Shown: positions 36,469 through 50,585 of the stretch, piece after piece
Layout: the number at the start of each line of letters is the position of its first letter
How positions within the stretch are numbered: the stretch's first letter is position 1
Made by a program: the position numbers and the translations under genes
Origin: Euprymna scolopes
Lineage: Eukaryota
Strand: one strand, 5' to 3'
Assembly (NCBI GenBank): GCA_053919585.1
Contig: CM132790.1
DNA: 64,000 nt
Notes under the pieces: model-generated
The model's database searches: none
What the model saw: only the letters and a program-made list of their open reading frames with translations
Told to the model about the DNA's origin: nothing

Positions 36469-38157
36469 AACTAGCTCTACCTACGTATTGAGCACTTTTG
36501 AAGTAAATACTTAAAGTTTACGCATAAATCTATACTTTCGTATATTAATTTTATGTGAGTAAATAAAGTAGTTATATATATATATATATATACATATATA
36601 TATACATATATATATATATATAAAGAGATAGGGAGATAGGAAAAGGCAATAGTCGATAGAAATAACAAGATAACCCCATTGATGTTGATGGCTGTTGTAA
36701 TAATCATACAAATCTTTGTTTCTATTCGCTTTCGGTAATCGTAAGTCCAATAACACGCTTCGCTTGTTGCAGGTCGATTTTCAATCTATTTCCTCTGAGA
36801 ATTGGATGAGAGAGGACGATAGAAAAAGGAAACGAAAAAAACATAAAAGCTGAAATCAGTTATCTTTGTTCAAAAAATGTTCTGCTCATCTAATTTGATA
36901 TAATTTCAGTTTGTTTTTTATAAAAAGTATATCAACCGATTTGCTGAAGTATCTTTTTATTTTTCGTTGAATAAAAACGTTATTTAACTGTAGTAAAATG
37001 GTTATCTTATTACTGCTATGTTTTATCTCCTGTTGATAGAATTGGTCAAGTCACATACCTTCATTTATAAACGGTTCTCCTTCGTGTGTAATCTTGTATT
37101 AATGGCCGGATCATCATTGATGAAGCGATTCAGCCAAGAAATATATAATCCTGCAAATATACCCTTTTCTCTATCGGATAGAAAAAGCAACAGTGAGATA
37201 AACATGGATGGAAAGATAAAGGAGAGAGTAGCGAAAAGATAAACAAACCTTACAATTGATGGTCTCCGCTGTGCATAATAATGTAGATGATTGTAATTGT
37301 ATGTAACAGCAGTTTATTTGCAGTTTAAACGATTCTTAACAATAGAGTAATGCATATTTATTGCAAACTTCCGGTTAGAATTTAACAAATTTGCAATCAA
37401 GTAAAATATTTTCATAAAAATATTCATACGATAATTAAATTTACTTTTACTTTTGCACATAATTCGATATATACAGCGCAAACTCCCTAACTAACACATA
37501 AAACTGTTATTTATCTTATAAACCTCCAGGAAATATGTTAATAATTGCTGAATCTAAGAAATAAACTATGTACAATTATTCCCCAGAGTGTCAGTTCTTT
37601 TGAACGAGTTGTAGTAGATGTATGTTTCTTCTGGAATTTGATCTACATGTGCTATGAGAGGTTGTGGTTAACATTTGAACACGCCAAACAATATTGGTAC
37701 TTGTTGAAACACGTTGCATTTTTTTTTTTTTTTTGTGAATTTGCGACTTTTGATTCACCAAATTCTTGACGATATATTAACTTTAGAATATCTCCCCAGA
37801 TAAAAAAAACAACATGCCAATTGTAAATCGACTTAACATTACACTCTCTAATGGCCAATATCTACGTAACTTGTTTGTGGGTCACCTGAATATTAGATGA
37901 TTATGTCACGTGAGAATCACTGTTCATCTCTAATTCTTAGTGTGTAACAAGGTGAATCAGGTATGACGCTATTAACACCTGACATTTGCACGGGGTGAAT
38001 GTTGATTACACATTTGTAATCATCATCATCATCATCATCATTTTGCGATCGTAGTCGAGATGATGGCGTTCGGTAAACTCCATATGGGTGTTAATGTGTG
38101 CGCCCGCAACCTATACACACATTTGGAAACAGAAGGACTAAAATCATTTTCTACCTA

Positions 38158-38268
38158 CATACAACAACTTTGTATTCCCAAGTAGTAACGATATTTTACT
38201 GTCAAGGATCAGCGTTACGTAACCTCTGTGATCTTAGCGAACCGGTGTGTCAACGTAATTGAACAGTA
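38158..38268 (-). pseudogene. Degenerate 5S rRNA-derived sequence
   Basis: Minus strand ACGTTGACACACCGGTTC..GATCACAGAGGTTACGTAACG...CTTGGGAATAC aligns by eye with 5S rRNA. Confidence 0.6.
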
Positions 38269-39324
38269 TTTTTATTGTAAACAAGACAGCGAACCTTGAA
38301 AAGCTTACATCGAGTATTAGGAAATAAAATATAGAGGCGTTGATAGATATAAATGCTTAATAAATAAATAAAAAATATATACGGCAGAATAATTTTTAAA
38401 GGGCGTATTTTTAAATCATTATCAGTTTACGACGAATGGCTATATTTTCCTTGTGCATTCGCGGATAAAAGGTTAGAAGATTGCGAATATAATTTTCATT
38501 GAAAATAATAATAGCGAAAACCTCAGAAGGATAAACATTTATGTTGATTTAAATGCTTCTTTGCATGAATTCATTTTGTTGTAACCTAGCTTGAACAATA
38601 AAAAATACACTATAAAATCAAAATAGCATTTGGGAAAGGGCGTTGCAAGGCCAAACCGCCGGGTGAAATGAACACGAACATTGAATTAACTTTAACTGTA
38701 TGAGATCAATTTTCTTTGTGTTTTGTACTAACCTAGATTGATGATTTTATATGGAATTTATTTTTAAAATCAGTAGATGTAAAATCAGAAGCGATAGTAG
38801 AGAGGAAAATTAAGTGTTGATTGTAAGAAAGAGCAAATTCTGTTACTAATATTTCTACAAGTTAGATCAATCTACCAGTTCAGAAAGTATCTTACCTTTG
38901 AAGCAATCCTCTTCCTATACATGACCCACATAAAAAGAAGTTCTGCTCTCCTATCTGGAAAATTTCTGATCTCATATCTGGAACAGTTAATCCCTGCTAC
39001 TTCTGACATAGAGAAATGATGATGCAAGTCTCTTCTTACTGTTTGTTATGCTCATTTTAGATGATTGATTGAGCTCTAATTACAGGTACCTTTTGTAAAA
39101 ACTTATGGCAAGAACTTATCTTGTTACAACAAGCAGGAAGAGTCTTCATTTCTCTCTTTTATTTTAACCAAAAACCAAACGAACTTCTATGAAAAAGATT
39201 CTGTGCAAGAAGGCACAGTCTATAGAAAAAGATACGACGAGTCTGCTTTTTAAACGATTATAGCATTGTCGTCATCAAGTCTAATTAAAGCGTACAATTA
39301 TGGAGACGTCTTCTTGGATAGTAA

Positions 39325-39765
39325 TTTCTTCTTTTTCTCCAAGGGAGTCACCACTTATTAAGGCCAAAATGCCACCCAAGAATAAGTGTTACTGAGTGTA
39401 TTAAGACCATTTAGACTACAGCGTAGTAATTGTTAACGGTGGACATTGGGTAGACAGTTTGGGGAAATAATCGTTGTTCATGGAATTTTCTTTAAGATTC
39501 AGGTACAGACGGAGAATGGGATGGAATTGTTGATAATGGTCTTATCTCAACGTGTGCTTTTTGTGAAGGTTTGACGGATGGATCATACGTTTATAACCCA
39601 TCTGTTTGCCAGTGACGGGTTACCTGATTGTCGTGGGAACTTTTCTAGCTCCACCGGTGTGAACAAACGAACGGTGTAGACAGTTTGGGGAAATAATCGT
39701 TGTTCATGGAATTTTCTTTAAGATTCAGGTGCAGACGGAGAATGGGATGAAATTGTTGATAATGG
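39325..39765 (-). mobile_element. Jockey/CR1-like LINE 3' fragment with an internal ~90-bp duplication (39451-39539 / 39676-39765)
   Basis: Shared 3' end motif CCACTTATTAAGGCC...GTAGTAATTGTTAA; the direct repeat is visible. Confidence 0.7.
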
Positions 39766-41058
39766 AGTTTTGTAAATCAGGACTATGGGTAATTTATTGC
39801 ATAATCGTTACGCGACTGGCCCTATCTCTCAGCAAAAAATATTTGTGTTGCTACGTTGAGAGTGGCACTTAACATACTGTATTACATATTGAATCTTAAA
39901 CGATTACTTGTCATGAAAATAACGGCAGAGCAGATGCAGTCTCGCAACGCCTCTTTTTTGGGAAAGCGTTTGCAGGGAGGGGATAAGGCCTCATCTACTA
40001 GATGTTTAAGCCTTTGCTGATGATTAAAGTAAAAAGTAAAGTATGCAATTTGTAATTGCTGTTCAATTTAAACAAGGAGTTGCAAATAAACATAAAAGAA
40101 AACTATCCAATTGTTAATAGTTAGAAAATTCAGTAAATGTGTTTTAACACAAATCGTATACAACAGACAGTCATCAGACAGGTAGTTGAGGCTGACTTGC
40201 TAGATCAACGGGATGTAGGTTATTGATCAATGTCATCTTTTGAGATATACGAATGATTATAAGGAATTAAAGTGAACAAGAAACAATATCCGATATTTTG
40301 GCCCGATGAAGGAGATATGATGATAAGGAAAATGGGATAAACCATGGCCAATTTTGGAAATATACTAATTAATTGAATAAAGTATTGTGATAAAATAAAC
40401 GGTAAACTTAAAAATATGGTCTGTAAAGGCGCGGATAAAAATATTGTGCGTGTAAGTCATGGCTAGATAACAATTCTCGCTAACACATGTAACCCTTCTT
40501 TTATTATTTATCTGGCTCTCCTTCTTTTTTTTACACAGACATTCGACTGAAATATCTGGGGTATTGTTTTATGTATTTTTCTATAGACATTTAAATATCG
40601 CATCAGTAAGTAGTAGACCTACTGTTAAAATATTAATAGATTCTGAAGAACTGAAACAACCTTATGTAATTTAGGGAGAATTATTCCTTTAACAAAAAGA
40701 NNNNNNNNNNNNNNNNNNNNNNNNNNNNNNNNNNNNNNNNNNNNNNNNNNNNNNNNNNNNNNNNNNNNNNNNNNNNNNNNNNNNNNNNNNNNNNNNNNNN
40801 NNNNNNNNNNNNNNNNNNNNNNNNNNNNNNNNNNNNNNTATAAAGAAATATAAAGAATAAGGCCAATACGTCTCAGGGAAAGGATACATCTAAAGAATGA
40901 GTCCATTTTTCTTTATATNNNNNNNNNNNNNNNNNNNNNNNNNNNNNNNNNNNNNNNNNNNNNNNNNNNNNNNNNNNNNNNNNNNNNNNNNNNNNNNNNN
41001 NNNNNNNNNNNNNNNNNNNNNNNNNNNNNNNNNNNNNNNNNNNNNNNNNNNNNNNNNN

Positions 41059-41902
41059 GTTGCCCGGGTGTTTGAATATGTATGTTGAGCAAAAAAAAAA
41101 AGGGTGGTTGTAAGAAGGCAGGATCAAACCCGTACCGCAAAGGAGGAAAAGAACGGAAAAAACCTGACGGCTTTGCTGTTGCAACCACCGCCAAGCCGAA
41201 GTGATGTAGGTTTTAATTTAGGCTAGACTATCGAAAGGAGAAGATGAATTTCGAAAATATCGGCGAAAAAAGCGACCCCCCCTGTAGAAGGTGAAGACAT
41301 TAATGTTTTTAGTCAATATTTTAATATTTGTCATCAGAAAGGTCGAATTCCAAATCGATGCTGATCTTATAAAAATCCGTCGCCTCTGTCAAAAGTTTTA
41401 GGCAGACATGCAAACATACATACATACATACATACATTTATATATTATAATTTAAATTTTCGACCAAAACCGATTAAAAAGCTTGTCTTATATCTGAATA
41501 CCCTTTATGTAAAATTTCAAATGTTTAGATCTGAAATTGTCTGAGTAATTTGGTAGAGACCCAAGCGGTAAAATATTTATAAACTTTGACCCTATTATGA
41601 CCCATTTATAAATCAAGATCCATGTCCAAGGAACCTATATAAAAAATTTCAAGTGTTCAGACCCAAAATTGACGGTGGGGTTTGGTGGGGTTTTGTAGAG
41701 TTCTCAAAGGTCAAATCGTTAACCTTTGACCTCTTAACAGAAAAATATCTGGCCGAAAACCGATTACAAAGATTTTCCCAAATCTCAATACCCTGTATAT
41801 CAAATTTCGAGTCTGTAGACTGAAAAATTGATGGAGTTATTGTGTAGGAAAATGTACACAAACAGACAAACAGACACTTTCACTTATATATATATATGTA
41901 GA
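41059..41902 (-). mobile_element. Non-autonomous Helitron (3' end lies in the gap); inverted copy of 47429-48332
   Basis: Colinear reverse-complement similarity along its length; the ORF track shows NDLTFENSTK in both copies. Confidence 0.8.
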
Positions 41903-42257
41903 TATATATATATATATCTATATATATATATATATATACAGGATTACACATCCCAATATGTAATGCTTAAATCACATTACAAGACTTAAATCACATTACA
42001 AAAAAGCAACACTATCCGATCCAAAACAAAATGTAACAGCTAAAACATTTCTTCAGCATTAAAAACGATCTACAACATGCTCTCTACTAGTGCTAGACGA
42101 TAGCCACACATCAGTTCTAAAATCCACCAAATTATACCACCTTTATGCTTCACAAGGATACAACACATGCAGCAAACCTAATATATATCAGCACGTTACT
42201 ACCAACTTTATATTTATATCTTCCACAACTAATATCTAACGTAAGCTTTTTATAGTA

Positions 42258-42420
42258 TTGGGAAATGGTACGCAATTCACTTGTAGAGAATTAAAAATAT
42301 TCTGTAAGGCGTGCATATTGAAATATACCATTATCTCTCCGTATCGTGCAAGAAATGTAGCCATGCAGAACGGTGACTGTATACGCTTAAGAAAGCAAAG
42401 GATATGCCTACTGAAAAGAA
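42258..42420 (+). pseudogene. Small Gypsy integrase remnant
   Basis: GNGTQFTCRELKIFCKACILKYTIISPYRAR resembles DNGTQFTS.EF..FC....I.H....PYHP. Confidence 0.6.
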
Positions 42421-42644
42421 CATTCAGAAATTTCTACAAATATATAAATAGAAAAATTGTTTGCCCATCGTTATCAGTGAAGACAACAGCATCACTGATG
42501 ATGCTGTGACTTGCGCGTATAATTTTTTGTGGCAAGGGTTGCGCAATCCTTACCATGCTTCTTCTGAGTAGGCAGTTTTATTTCAATGGCAAGTAGAAAG
42601 TTTTCGGACAACTGGATACAATACCGAGATATTTGGAGAGCACA

Positions 42645-42755
42645 TACGAAGTGTTCTATTTCAAAATGGTCACCCATTTAGTACTGGTCAGGATCATCGT
42701 TGCTTAACGTTGGTGATTGAACGAGAACTGGTGTGTCAATGTGAATATGCAGTAA
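42645..42755 (-). pseudogene. 5S rRNA-derived pseudogene or SINE3-like head
   Basis: Minus strand CATTGACACACCAGTTCTCGTTCAATCACCAACGTTAAGCAACG...CAGTACTAAATGGGTGACC...GAAATA matches 5S rRNA, including the box A and box C regions, with many substitutions. Confidence 0.75.
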
Positions 42756-43943
42756 TAAATATATAAGTTTTCCCCGGATAACAATGTTCAATCTTTTATA
42801 CCGCCAACAGAATCAATGCTTGCAAAGAAGATCAAAACGGTTTTGGCAGACTATTTCCAACCAATAAGGAACGTAAACATGAAAAATATATCAAGAAAGA
42901 ACGTTTCGGAATCCGAAAAAAATAAATTACCGAATGTTTAAGATTAACAAACTTTACTCGGAAGCAGAAATAATGGATAAAGAGATTCAGACATGATCGT
43001 GAAGAAATTCTTATTAAACGATACACAAAACCTGTGTCAAATGAGAAAAAATATATCTGGATGTTGAAGAGAACAATATTCCAGAGAATGAATTAATGGC
43101 TATTATGTTCGTTATCAATCGCTCATATCGTTTCTTATAAACGAACATGAAAATAAGGGCACAATATATTCATTAAAGTAAACCCGAAAATAAAAGGTAT
43201 TGACTCCAACTGATACAAGGCTAAGAAGCATAGGCTTATGGTATGATATACCTCTATACTATTTTGTGAATATATGAATTCTTCCAGAAAATGTACAGAA
43301 TTACAACAAACTATTGTGTTAGTCGTGGTCGTAGTCAGGCGCCGTTGTTGCCCATACGCATACCAGTTTAGGATGCAACCCCGATAATTATTTCGACAAG
43401 AACTAGATGATTTGGTCAGACTAAAGCGTTCTTCTGAGTAATTCTAGGAGATGCACTATCTCAGGATTTGCCTCCCTTCTTTAACTTGATGTTAAGTTAT
43501 TGCTCGCTGAGGTGATGCTATTTTTATTAAAACGTGATGTCTCTTTTTACGGGTGTTGGTTTGATTTTTCTCATGTACAAGATTGTGCCACATTTCCTGT
43601 GCTATAAAGGAAGTAAATATCGTCGGAAATCATTGGTTTGGTACCAAACGCAGATTTTCGTACAAATCCTATTCTTTATTTGTGAAAAAATACCTGTAAA
43701 TATACCACCGTCCTGTGGTACTTATTATTCGACGTAGGGGTCGTAAGAGAACCGTAATAGTTAATGTAGAAGAGTATTACGTCATCAATACCAAAACCAA
43801 ATGATTAATAACGAAGAAGAACAGGTATTTATCTTTCTCCTGTTAGCTAAGTGTGTCGGGACGTATTTTTACAAGCTCTTATGCCGTTCACCCCGCCGAG
43901 AAGCGTAATGTTGTAAAACAAAATATTCCAACAATAAAACATT

Positions 43944-44626
43944 GGTCAAAGTTCACCGTTACGCCAACTGGAGACTCCTCTACATTTTTCGATAAATCGA
44001 CAACTTTTAAATGTTTTCGGCTATGCTGAATACGAATATCGCAGGAAAAATTAGCATAGACAAAGAGTTATAACTGTCTTATGCATCGTAATTTCTAGTA
44101 GTTTTAATTGGCCGTCATCTTTGTTGTTTCAATGAAATAGGATAGTGAGCATGCGATGTGTATAGTTAAATCTACGAGATGTAAATGTTTATTCTTTCGG
44201 AATAAACACCCCCACCTCCCCATGTTAAGAACGGCTTACAGGATAAACACACACACCTCTCATATTTAGAACGGCTTTCAGAATAAACAAACCCACCTCC
44301 CCATGTTAAGAATGTCTTTCGGAATAAACACTTTCTCACCTCCCCATGTAACGAACAGCTTTTCGAATTGTGTCGAGTTAACTACACAGATCGTCTGGTC
44401 ACTGCAGAATGCTCAATATACCATTTCATTAAAACAAAGATGGCGGCCAAATAAAACTACTAGAAATTACGTAACAAAATACAGTTATTTATATCTCGAA
44501 AACGTTTTGCCTGTGCTAATTTTCTCAGTGATATTTATTTTCAGCATAACTGAAAACCTATAAAAGTCGTAATTTTTTAAGAAATTGTTGATGCGTCTTC
44601 AGTTGGTGTATCGGTCAACATTGACC
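43944..44626. mobile_element. MITE with long imperfect TIRs and an 8-bp TSD (Merlin- or Mutator-like)
   Basis: Termini GGTCAA.../...TTGACC with arms of over 200 bp in inverted complement. TSD is AAAACATT (43936-43943) / AAAACATG (44627-44634). The centre (44190-44365) holds four ~41-bp tandem units. Confidence 0.8.
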
Positions 44627-45344
44627 AAAACATGCGCCATTTAGCGAGAATATTGTTGCTGTTCTTTTCTTTTATGCTTACACATAATTAGAACTATCAG
44701 AGAAAAAATAAAGACGACTGCATTACAAACATAGAAGAAGTGAATTGTTAATGCATCGCGTTGCTGAGAGGCACTGTCATGACTAAAAATGTTTCTTCTA
44801 CTCACTAATAGATGACCGTGTTGGAAAGACGAACATTTTTGTTCGAACGACAACAATGCTACATAATAATCGAAGAATCCGATTTCTAATATAGTACACG
44901 GCCAAAGTGATAAGTCAGTTTTTTAATTGACGGAATCGATGGCGTCTATTACCTTGTGACTGGGTGGACGACGATGTCATCCGCAGCCACAACATCTGCA
45001 GTGAAATTTCTGTCTGTACTTCATACGGCGATTTCTGTAGATGAGCCGGCGTATAAAGAATATTAAATTATCAAGCGGTACCCTGTCGGGTGTAGATGTC
45101 GCATGTCATGGGAAATAACGACCTTATAGTTCCCAGTTCTTTTTGTTTGAACGTGACAACCTTTTTGCATATACAGAGCCTGGAATACACGATGTACACT
45201 GGTCTGATACTGATCAGACTAAACTGTGCTTAATGATATTGTGACGAAGTTGGCCATATTTGACGATAATAGACAGCCATGCACTGTACACTACTAGGGT
45301 GAAGCGTACCGCACACTAGGCGGGTTGAATCGTTTTTTGTTGTT

Positions 45345-45845
45345 GTTGTTGTTTTTTACATAGGCATAACCACTTATCAAGGTCTAGAGACCACTTGAGG
45401 ATAAGGGTTAAGAGTGTACAGTAGTCAACTGGACAATATAGTAATCGTTAGTAATGGAAATTCTGTAAATTTGTTAACTTAAGTGGAGCGGCTCATCAAG
45501 AACTTATTTACGTTGGACTTGAAGACAACCATATTGTACTCAGCTGGAAAGCAGGAAAACGGAAGACAATTCCAAAGGCCTGCAGTTCTAAGAAAGAAGC
45601 TTTGTTCATGGAATCTACGTTTAGGTTTAGGCACAGATAAAGTGGTGTGGGGGGTTATTGATAGCGTTTTCAGCTAGACGAGTGTTTCTTGTGAAAGTTT
45701 TACGAGGGGGGACCATAGATTGAAGCTCAGTCGAACACTTTCCATGAAAATAACGATAAAGCAGAGACAAACTCGCATCATCTCTTCTGTGAGATAGAGG
45801 TTGCAGGGTAGAGAAAAGGACATCTCCTACGTGGCTACGGTTTCG
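45345..45845 (-). mobile_element. Jockey/CR1-like LINE 3' fragment
   Basis: Same family as 24505-26110 (shared translation VLRKKLCSWNL on the opposite strand); A/CAA-rich tail. Confidence 0.85.
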
Positions 45846-47104
45846 TCCGAATTAGTAAATTTTATTAGTTGAAGATACTGATAGGCAATGATAGCTTAAA
45901 TAAAGGGAAATTCATTTAATAAAACTTGTTTCAAACTGCTCTCAATTTTTAACTATTTATCACGCAGCTGCGCGAAACTAGGTTAAACGTTATTTGTTAA
46001 GTAGTTCTTCTTGTCGCTTTGGTTTACAATATGTGCATTTGAGCATATGTAATGCACATGTGAATAGATTGACCATGATTACTGTGCAATATTTACTAGA
46101 AAAATACTGACAAAACATTCTTTTAGGGAAGCTTTGTTGCTTTACTTCGTGATTAGGCAGTTTATTTATTGTTTCTTCAGAAATGGTTCATACAAATAAA
46201 GAAATTGATCTTAAACAGGTTAAGAATATTTACATAAAACGTAGTAGCGCATTAATTTCTGCTTGTTCATTGCACCTAAGCATTTGTTGCTGGTCGCTGT
46301 TGTTGTTGCTGTTGATGTTGTTGTTGTTGTTATTTTCAGATATGATTAATTCATCAGATGATTACTTTTATCCTTTTTCTAAATAACATTCAGTTAGAGT
46401 TCCTTCTAGAAAGACATCATCTTATAGACAATGGCCACCCGAAAGCTGCTAAAATCCACACGTGAAACTGTTTCTGTGGAAGGAATTGTATACGAACTTT
46501 GCCCGTACAGGAGTCAGTCTGTGTTGATAACCACTTCGTTATCTCTCCTGTAAATGTTGGCATGTTAGTATCGAAGAATATAGATAATTAAACGAAAATG
46601 AAAAAGACTGAAAAGAAAAAATTAAAGCTAGATATCCATATAGTAGAGCAATAAATCTTGAATTGAACACAATTCAGAGTAAAAAAATAAAGGGAAAATA
46701 AAGAGAGAAAGTTTAGTCTCTGTTCTGAAGTTACACTTAAGTTATGTTGTCCTTAGTAAATATACTTGAAACACTTCTGCACCAAGGCAATATTGATTTT
46801 GCCTACTTAAATAGTGCCTGTTACACAGAAAGAATTTTAAAGGAATGTCTGCTGGTAAGGGTGCTACAAAAATGCTTGGATCATTCTACAAAAACAAAAA
46901 AGTAAATTTGAATATAGCGCAAGCTCACTGCATATTTAAAACTAAGTAGCTTTGTTTTCATATGTGAAATTATTAAAACAATATGAGATATAATCAATGC
47001 AATATAATAGTAATTCTTTTTTCTATAACTTTTTGGGAAAATTCATTTGTTATATAAAGATGAAAGTATTTTTCATGTGTTAGGTATACCCGGCCCACCA
47101 ACCC

Positions 47105-47159
<55 letters not shown>

Positions 47160-47277
47160 TCGTGTTCGTTATTATTTCTAACTGGTTTAGATTCTAGCGG
47201 ATGGTACACAAGTCATATTTGTTAATAGCTTTTGACACTATTACTATATATTAGATAGTATTAAATGAAGAATTGTC

Positions 47278-47319
<42 letters not shown>

Positions 47320-47428
47320 TGATATATATAAGTTATTCATCCTGTTTATTTTTTCACTAACTTGTCTTATTTCTGTAGAGATAGATTTTCATAACCACAT
47401 ACAGTCTAAATATAGAAAAGCCAATGTA

Positions 47429-48332
47429 TCTATATATATATATAAAAGTGGACGTGTCTATGTGTGTGTCTGTGTGTGTATCTGTGTACATTTCTCTACG
47501 CAACAACTGTCAATTTTAAGTCTACAGACTCGAGATTTGATATACAGGGTAGTGAGATTTGGGAAAATCGATGTGATCTTTTTGGCCAGAATTTTGGCGA
47601 TTAAGGAGTCAAAGTTAAACGATTTGACCTTTGAGAACTCTACCAAACTCCTCCGACAATTTTGGGTCTACGCAGTTGAGATTTTAGATATAGGTTCCTT
47701 GGACATGGATCTAACTTAATAACTTAATTTGAGCCCAAAACAATAAATTTTAAGGGGTCAATATAGGGGTCAAATTTAAAAAAGAATTGACCTCTGCGGT
47801 CTCTTCCAAATTACTCAGACAATTTCTGGTCTAAATATTTGAAATTTTACATAAAGCGTATTCAGAGATAGGGCAAGCTTTTTCATCAGTTTGGGTCGAG
47901 AATTTTTAGTTACCAATATATAAATGCATGTATGTATGTCTGTTTGCATGTCTGCCTTAAACTTTCAATAGAGGCGACGGATTTTACAAAGATCAGTATC
48001 GTTTTGAATTTCGACTTTTCATACGACAAATATAAAAAAAATTGGCTAAAAATATTAATATCTTCCACTTCAACTAGGCACTTTTCTACAGGGCGGGGGC
48101 CACTTTTTTCGCCGATATTTTTTTAATTTACCCTCTCCCTTAGATTGTCTACCCTTAATTTTTTAAAATGTCGCTTCCGGTTTGGCGGTAGTTGTAACAG
48201 CATAAACGTTACGTTTTACCCCGTTCTTTTCCTCCTTTGCGGTACGGGTTCGAGCCTGCCTTCCTACTACCACTTTTTTTTTGCTCAACATACACATCCA
48301 AACACCCAGGCAACGCCGGACTGAAATGCTAG
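47429..48332 (+). mobile_element. Complete non-autonomous Helitron (~904 bp)
   Basis: A|TCTATATA... 5' end, (GT)/(GTCT) microsatellite, GC-rich subterminal hairpin CC(A)GGCAACGCCGG and CTAG|T 3' end. Inserted in an AT dinucleotide with no TSD. Confidence 0.85.
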
Positions 48333-50585
48333 TGTAATATATTTTGAATAAACAGGTACACTATTACACTGAGATAGGCGTTCTAGTTCCTTATGGATAA
48401 AAAGAAAATTCTTTCTATGATTTACACTTTGATAGTTATAGAAATTTAGAAAAGTAAGGAAAATATCACGAATTTGTTCTGAGTTTATAACAGATCTAAG
48501 CAAAATCGATATTGATTCCCATGAAACATGGAGTTTTCTTCGGGAGGTTTAAAGGTTGTTTTTTTTTTCATTTACCGAAATATATCTAAATTAATGATAA
48601 TTTATTTAAATACATGCTGAGTATTATTTCAGCTCTATAATGTGAATATTATGAAGTGTAAATTATACTACTAATAAGGAGATATGGTTTCATAGTTTAG
48701 CCCAACAATATATTCAGTTCTGAACAGTGCTGAGCTTTTCTGTTACTGTAATTACAAATGTGTAAACTCATTAGGTTAAAAAACGAGCTTGACCAAATAA
48801 GAGACAACTACGATGTTTATTGTTTTTGATGAAAAAAGAATAGCACTTTCGTTTGGTTCCATTTTGTGAAATAAATAAAGATGCGATTTTTCAATGAGTA
48901 TTGACGACTTCGCAACTAAAAGACACTTGCATTCCATTCAATAAATTAAAAAAAGATAAAGCATGCCTTCATCAGTTGCCATACACAAAGGGGGGGCTTA
49001 AAGTTACACAAAAACGATACTATACACCAGAACCTGTTTAAAAATGTTGTTTCGTTGGTTTTATTTGAAAATAAGGGCATTTCTCCATCAATTTCACGCA
49101 GTATATAACGTAGTAACAGAATACGATCTTGCATGGTTCATTATGGAACACAACTATCTCCATGCTAATAAAAGTTATTATTTAACTTAACCTTGAATGT
49201 TCAATCTCAAAAATTGGTTATATTCAATTTATAACCGATTGAGGACATAGGCGTTGGATTTATAAAGAAGTATGCAGTGATTAATAGAATTGAAGACCTT
49301 GATAAAATTCCAAGAAAGAAAATGTCGCCAATATCTTTCTCATCTATTGTGTCCGTGACTAATTGCAATTATTTAGTTAGAAACATGGATGGCAAATACG
49401 ATGTGTTTGACAAGAGGTAAACTATATTAACTCTTTTTAATTGACTCTGCAAAATATACAGAGCACTATAAAACATATTACATCCCTTAGATATAGCATC
49501 CTTTTAAATGCGCTTATATGTCACAAAGCAATGCTATAAGTAAACGAGACGTGATCTTATATTTCACCGTACCGAAGCAGCTCTCGGTCTCAGTCCACAT
49601 CCTCTCCAATGCAGAGATTTGGGGTCTGTTTTTTGGTCCAAATGAAATTTGACTTATAAGTAAATCGTGAAATCGATTGTATTCTGGGAGCCGTAGTTGG
49701 TTGAACTCGGATAGTGCTTTCGTTACTTTATCAATATACAGGAGTATACAATTTAAATATGAATATCGAGTGCGCGAACTTCTAATAATTCTTTTTAATT
49801 TTTGTTAAATAGAATAAGAGCCACTAGATAACCACTTCTAGAAATTTGTATTTATATTCAACGTCCAACGGGACAAACTAGGGAATATATTCCTTAAGTT
49901 AATAATATAATGTATCTATTTTAGGAGTATTCTATACTATTATTATTTTAAAAATCCGCTTGGCCCGTCTAACTCAGCGCTACTCATTTTCTGACAAATG
50001 ATGAATTAAAATAAAAGTGTCAACCCACCATATAGGGATTGATGCATATTAATCATTTCTGGTCCGAGCTAACTCGGAACGAGTTAGAAAATGATAAATT
50101 TAATTGCTATATCTAGACCAGTAATAATCGGTTATCCTACCTATCCTTTTATCAGTTCAGTTCCAGATTAAGCTGAGGATGATAGAGTTGGAGTAGGAGC
50201 TAAATCAAGTGAATTTACAATATTAGTGAGGATGCATCTAATATGGATATTCACGTTGGTTTGATGATTTCATGAAAGCAAGGTGCTCTTCTTATCGTCG
50301 AAGAAGATCGCCCCAATAACATCTTTTAAATACTGAAGAATATCCTGGTTATGCAGCACAAGCATATTTCTTTCAAGACGCTTAAGAGCGCTACAATTCC
50401 CAAGGGTTAAGTCGGCCATTGTGCGAGTAGCTCCTTAATCTCTCAACACATAAGACTACGAAATTGGTTCTATATGGTACAAGGAATTCATAGCAATACA
50501 AAGAAAAGCGATCATCTTGCAAAGTGTAACGTTTTGTTTCTGGTAACGCTGCTAAAAAGTAGAAGTAAATAATATATTTAAATAA

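Noticed and set aside
38896-39010. Minus-strand exon candidate (EVAGINCSRYEIRNFPDRRAELLFMWVMYRKRIASK)
   Set aside because: Good donor and open frame, but no recognisable homology or partner exons.
42645-42755. Functional 5S rRNA gene
   Set aside because: Too many substitutions, broken terminal helix and not in an array; called a pseudogene.
32859-49416. Scattered plus-strand micro-exon candidates (~32860-32891, 46181-46218, 49381-49416)
   Set aside because: AG/GT-bounded short segments are expected by chance in AT-rich DNA, and they do not assemble into a recognisable protein.
50150-50530. GC-richer, coding-looking segment
   Set aside because: The frames I translated contain stops and no motif I recognise.
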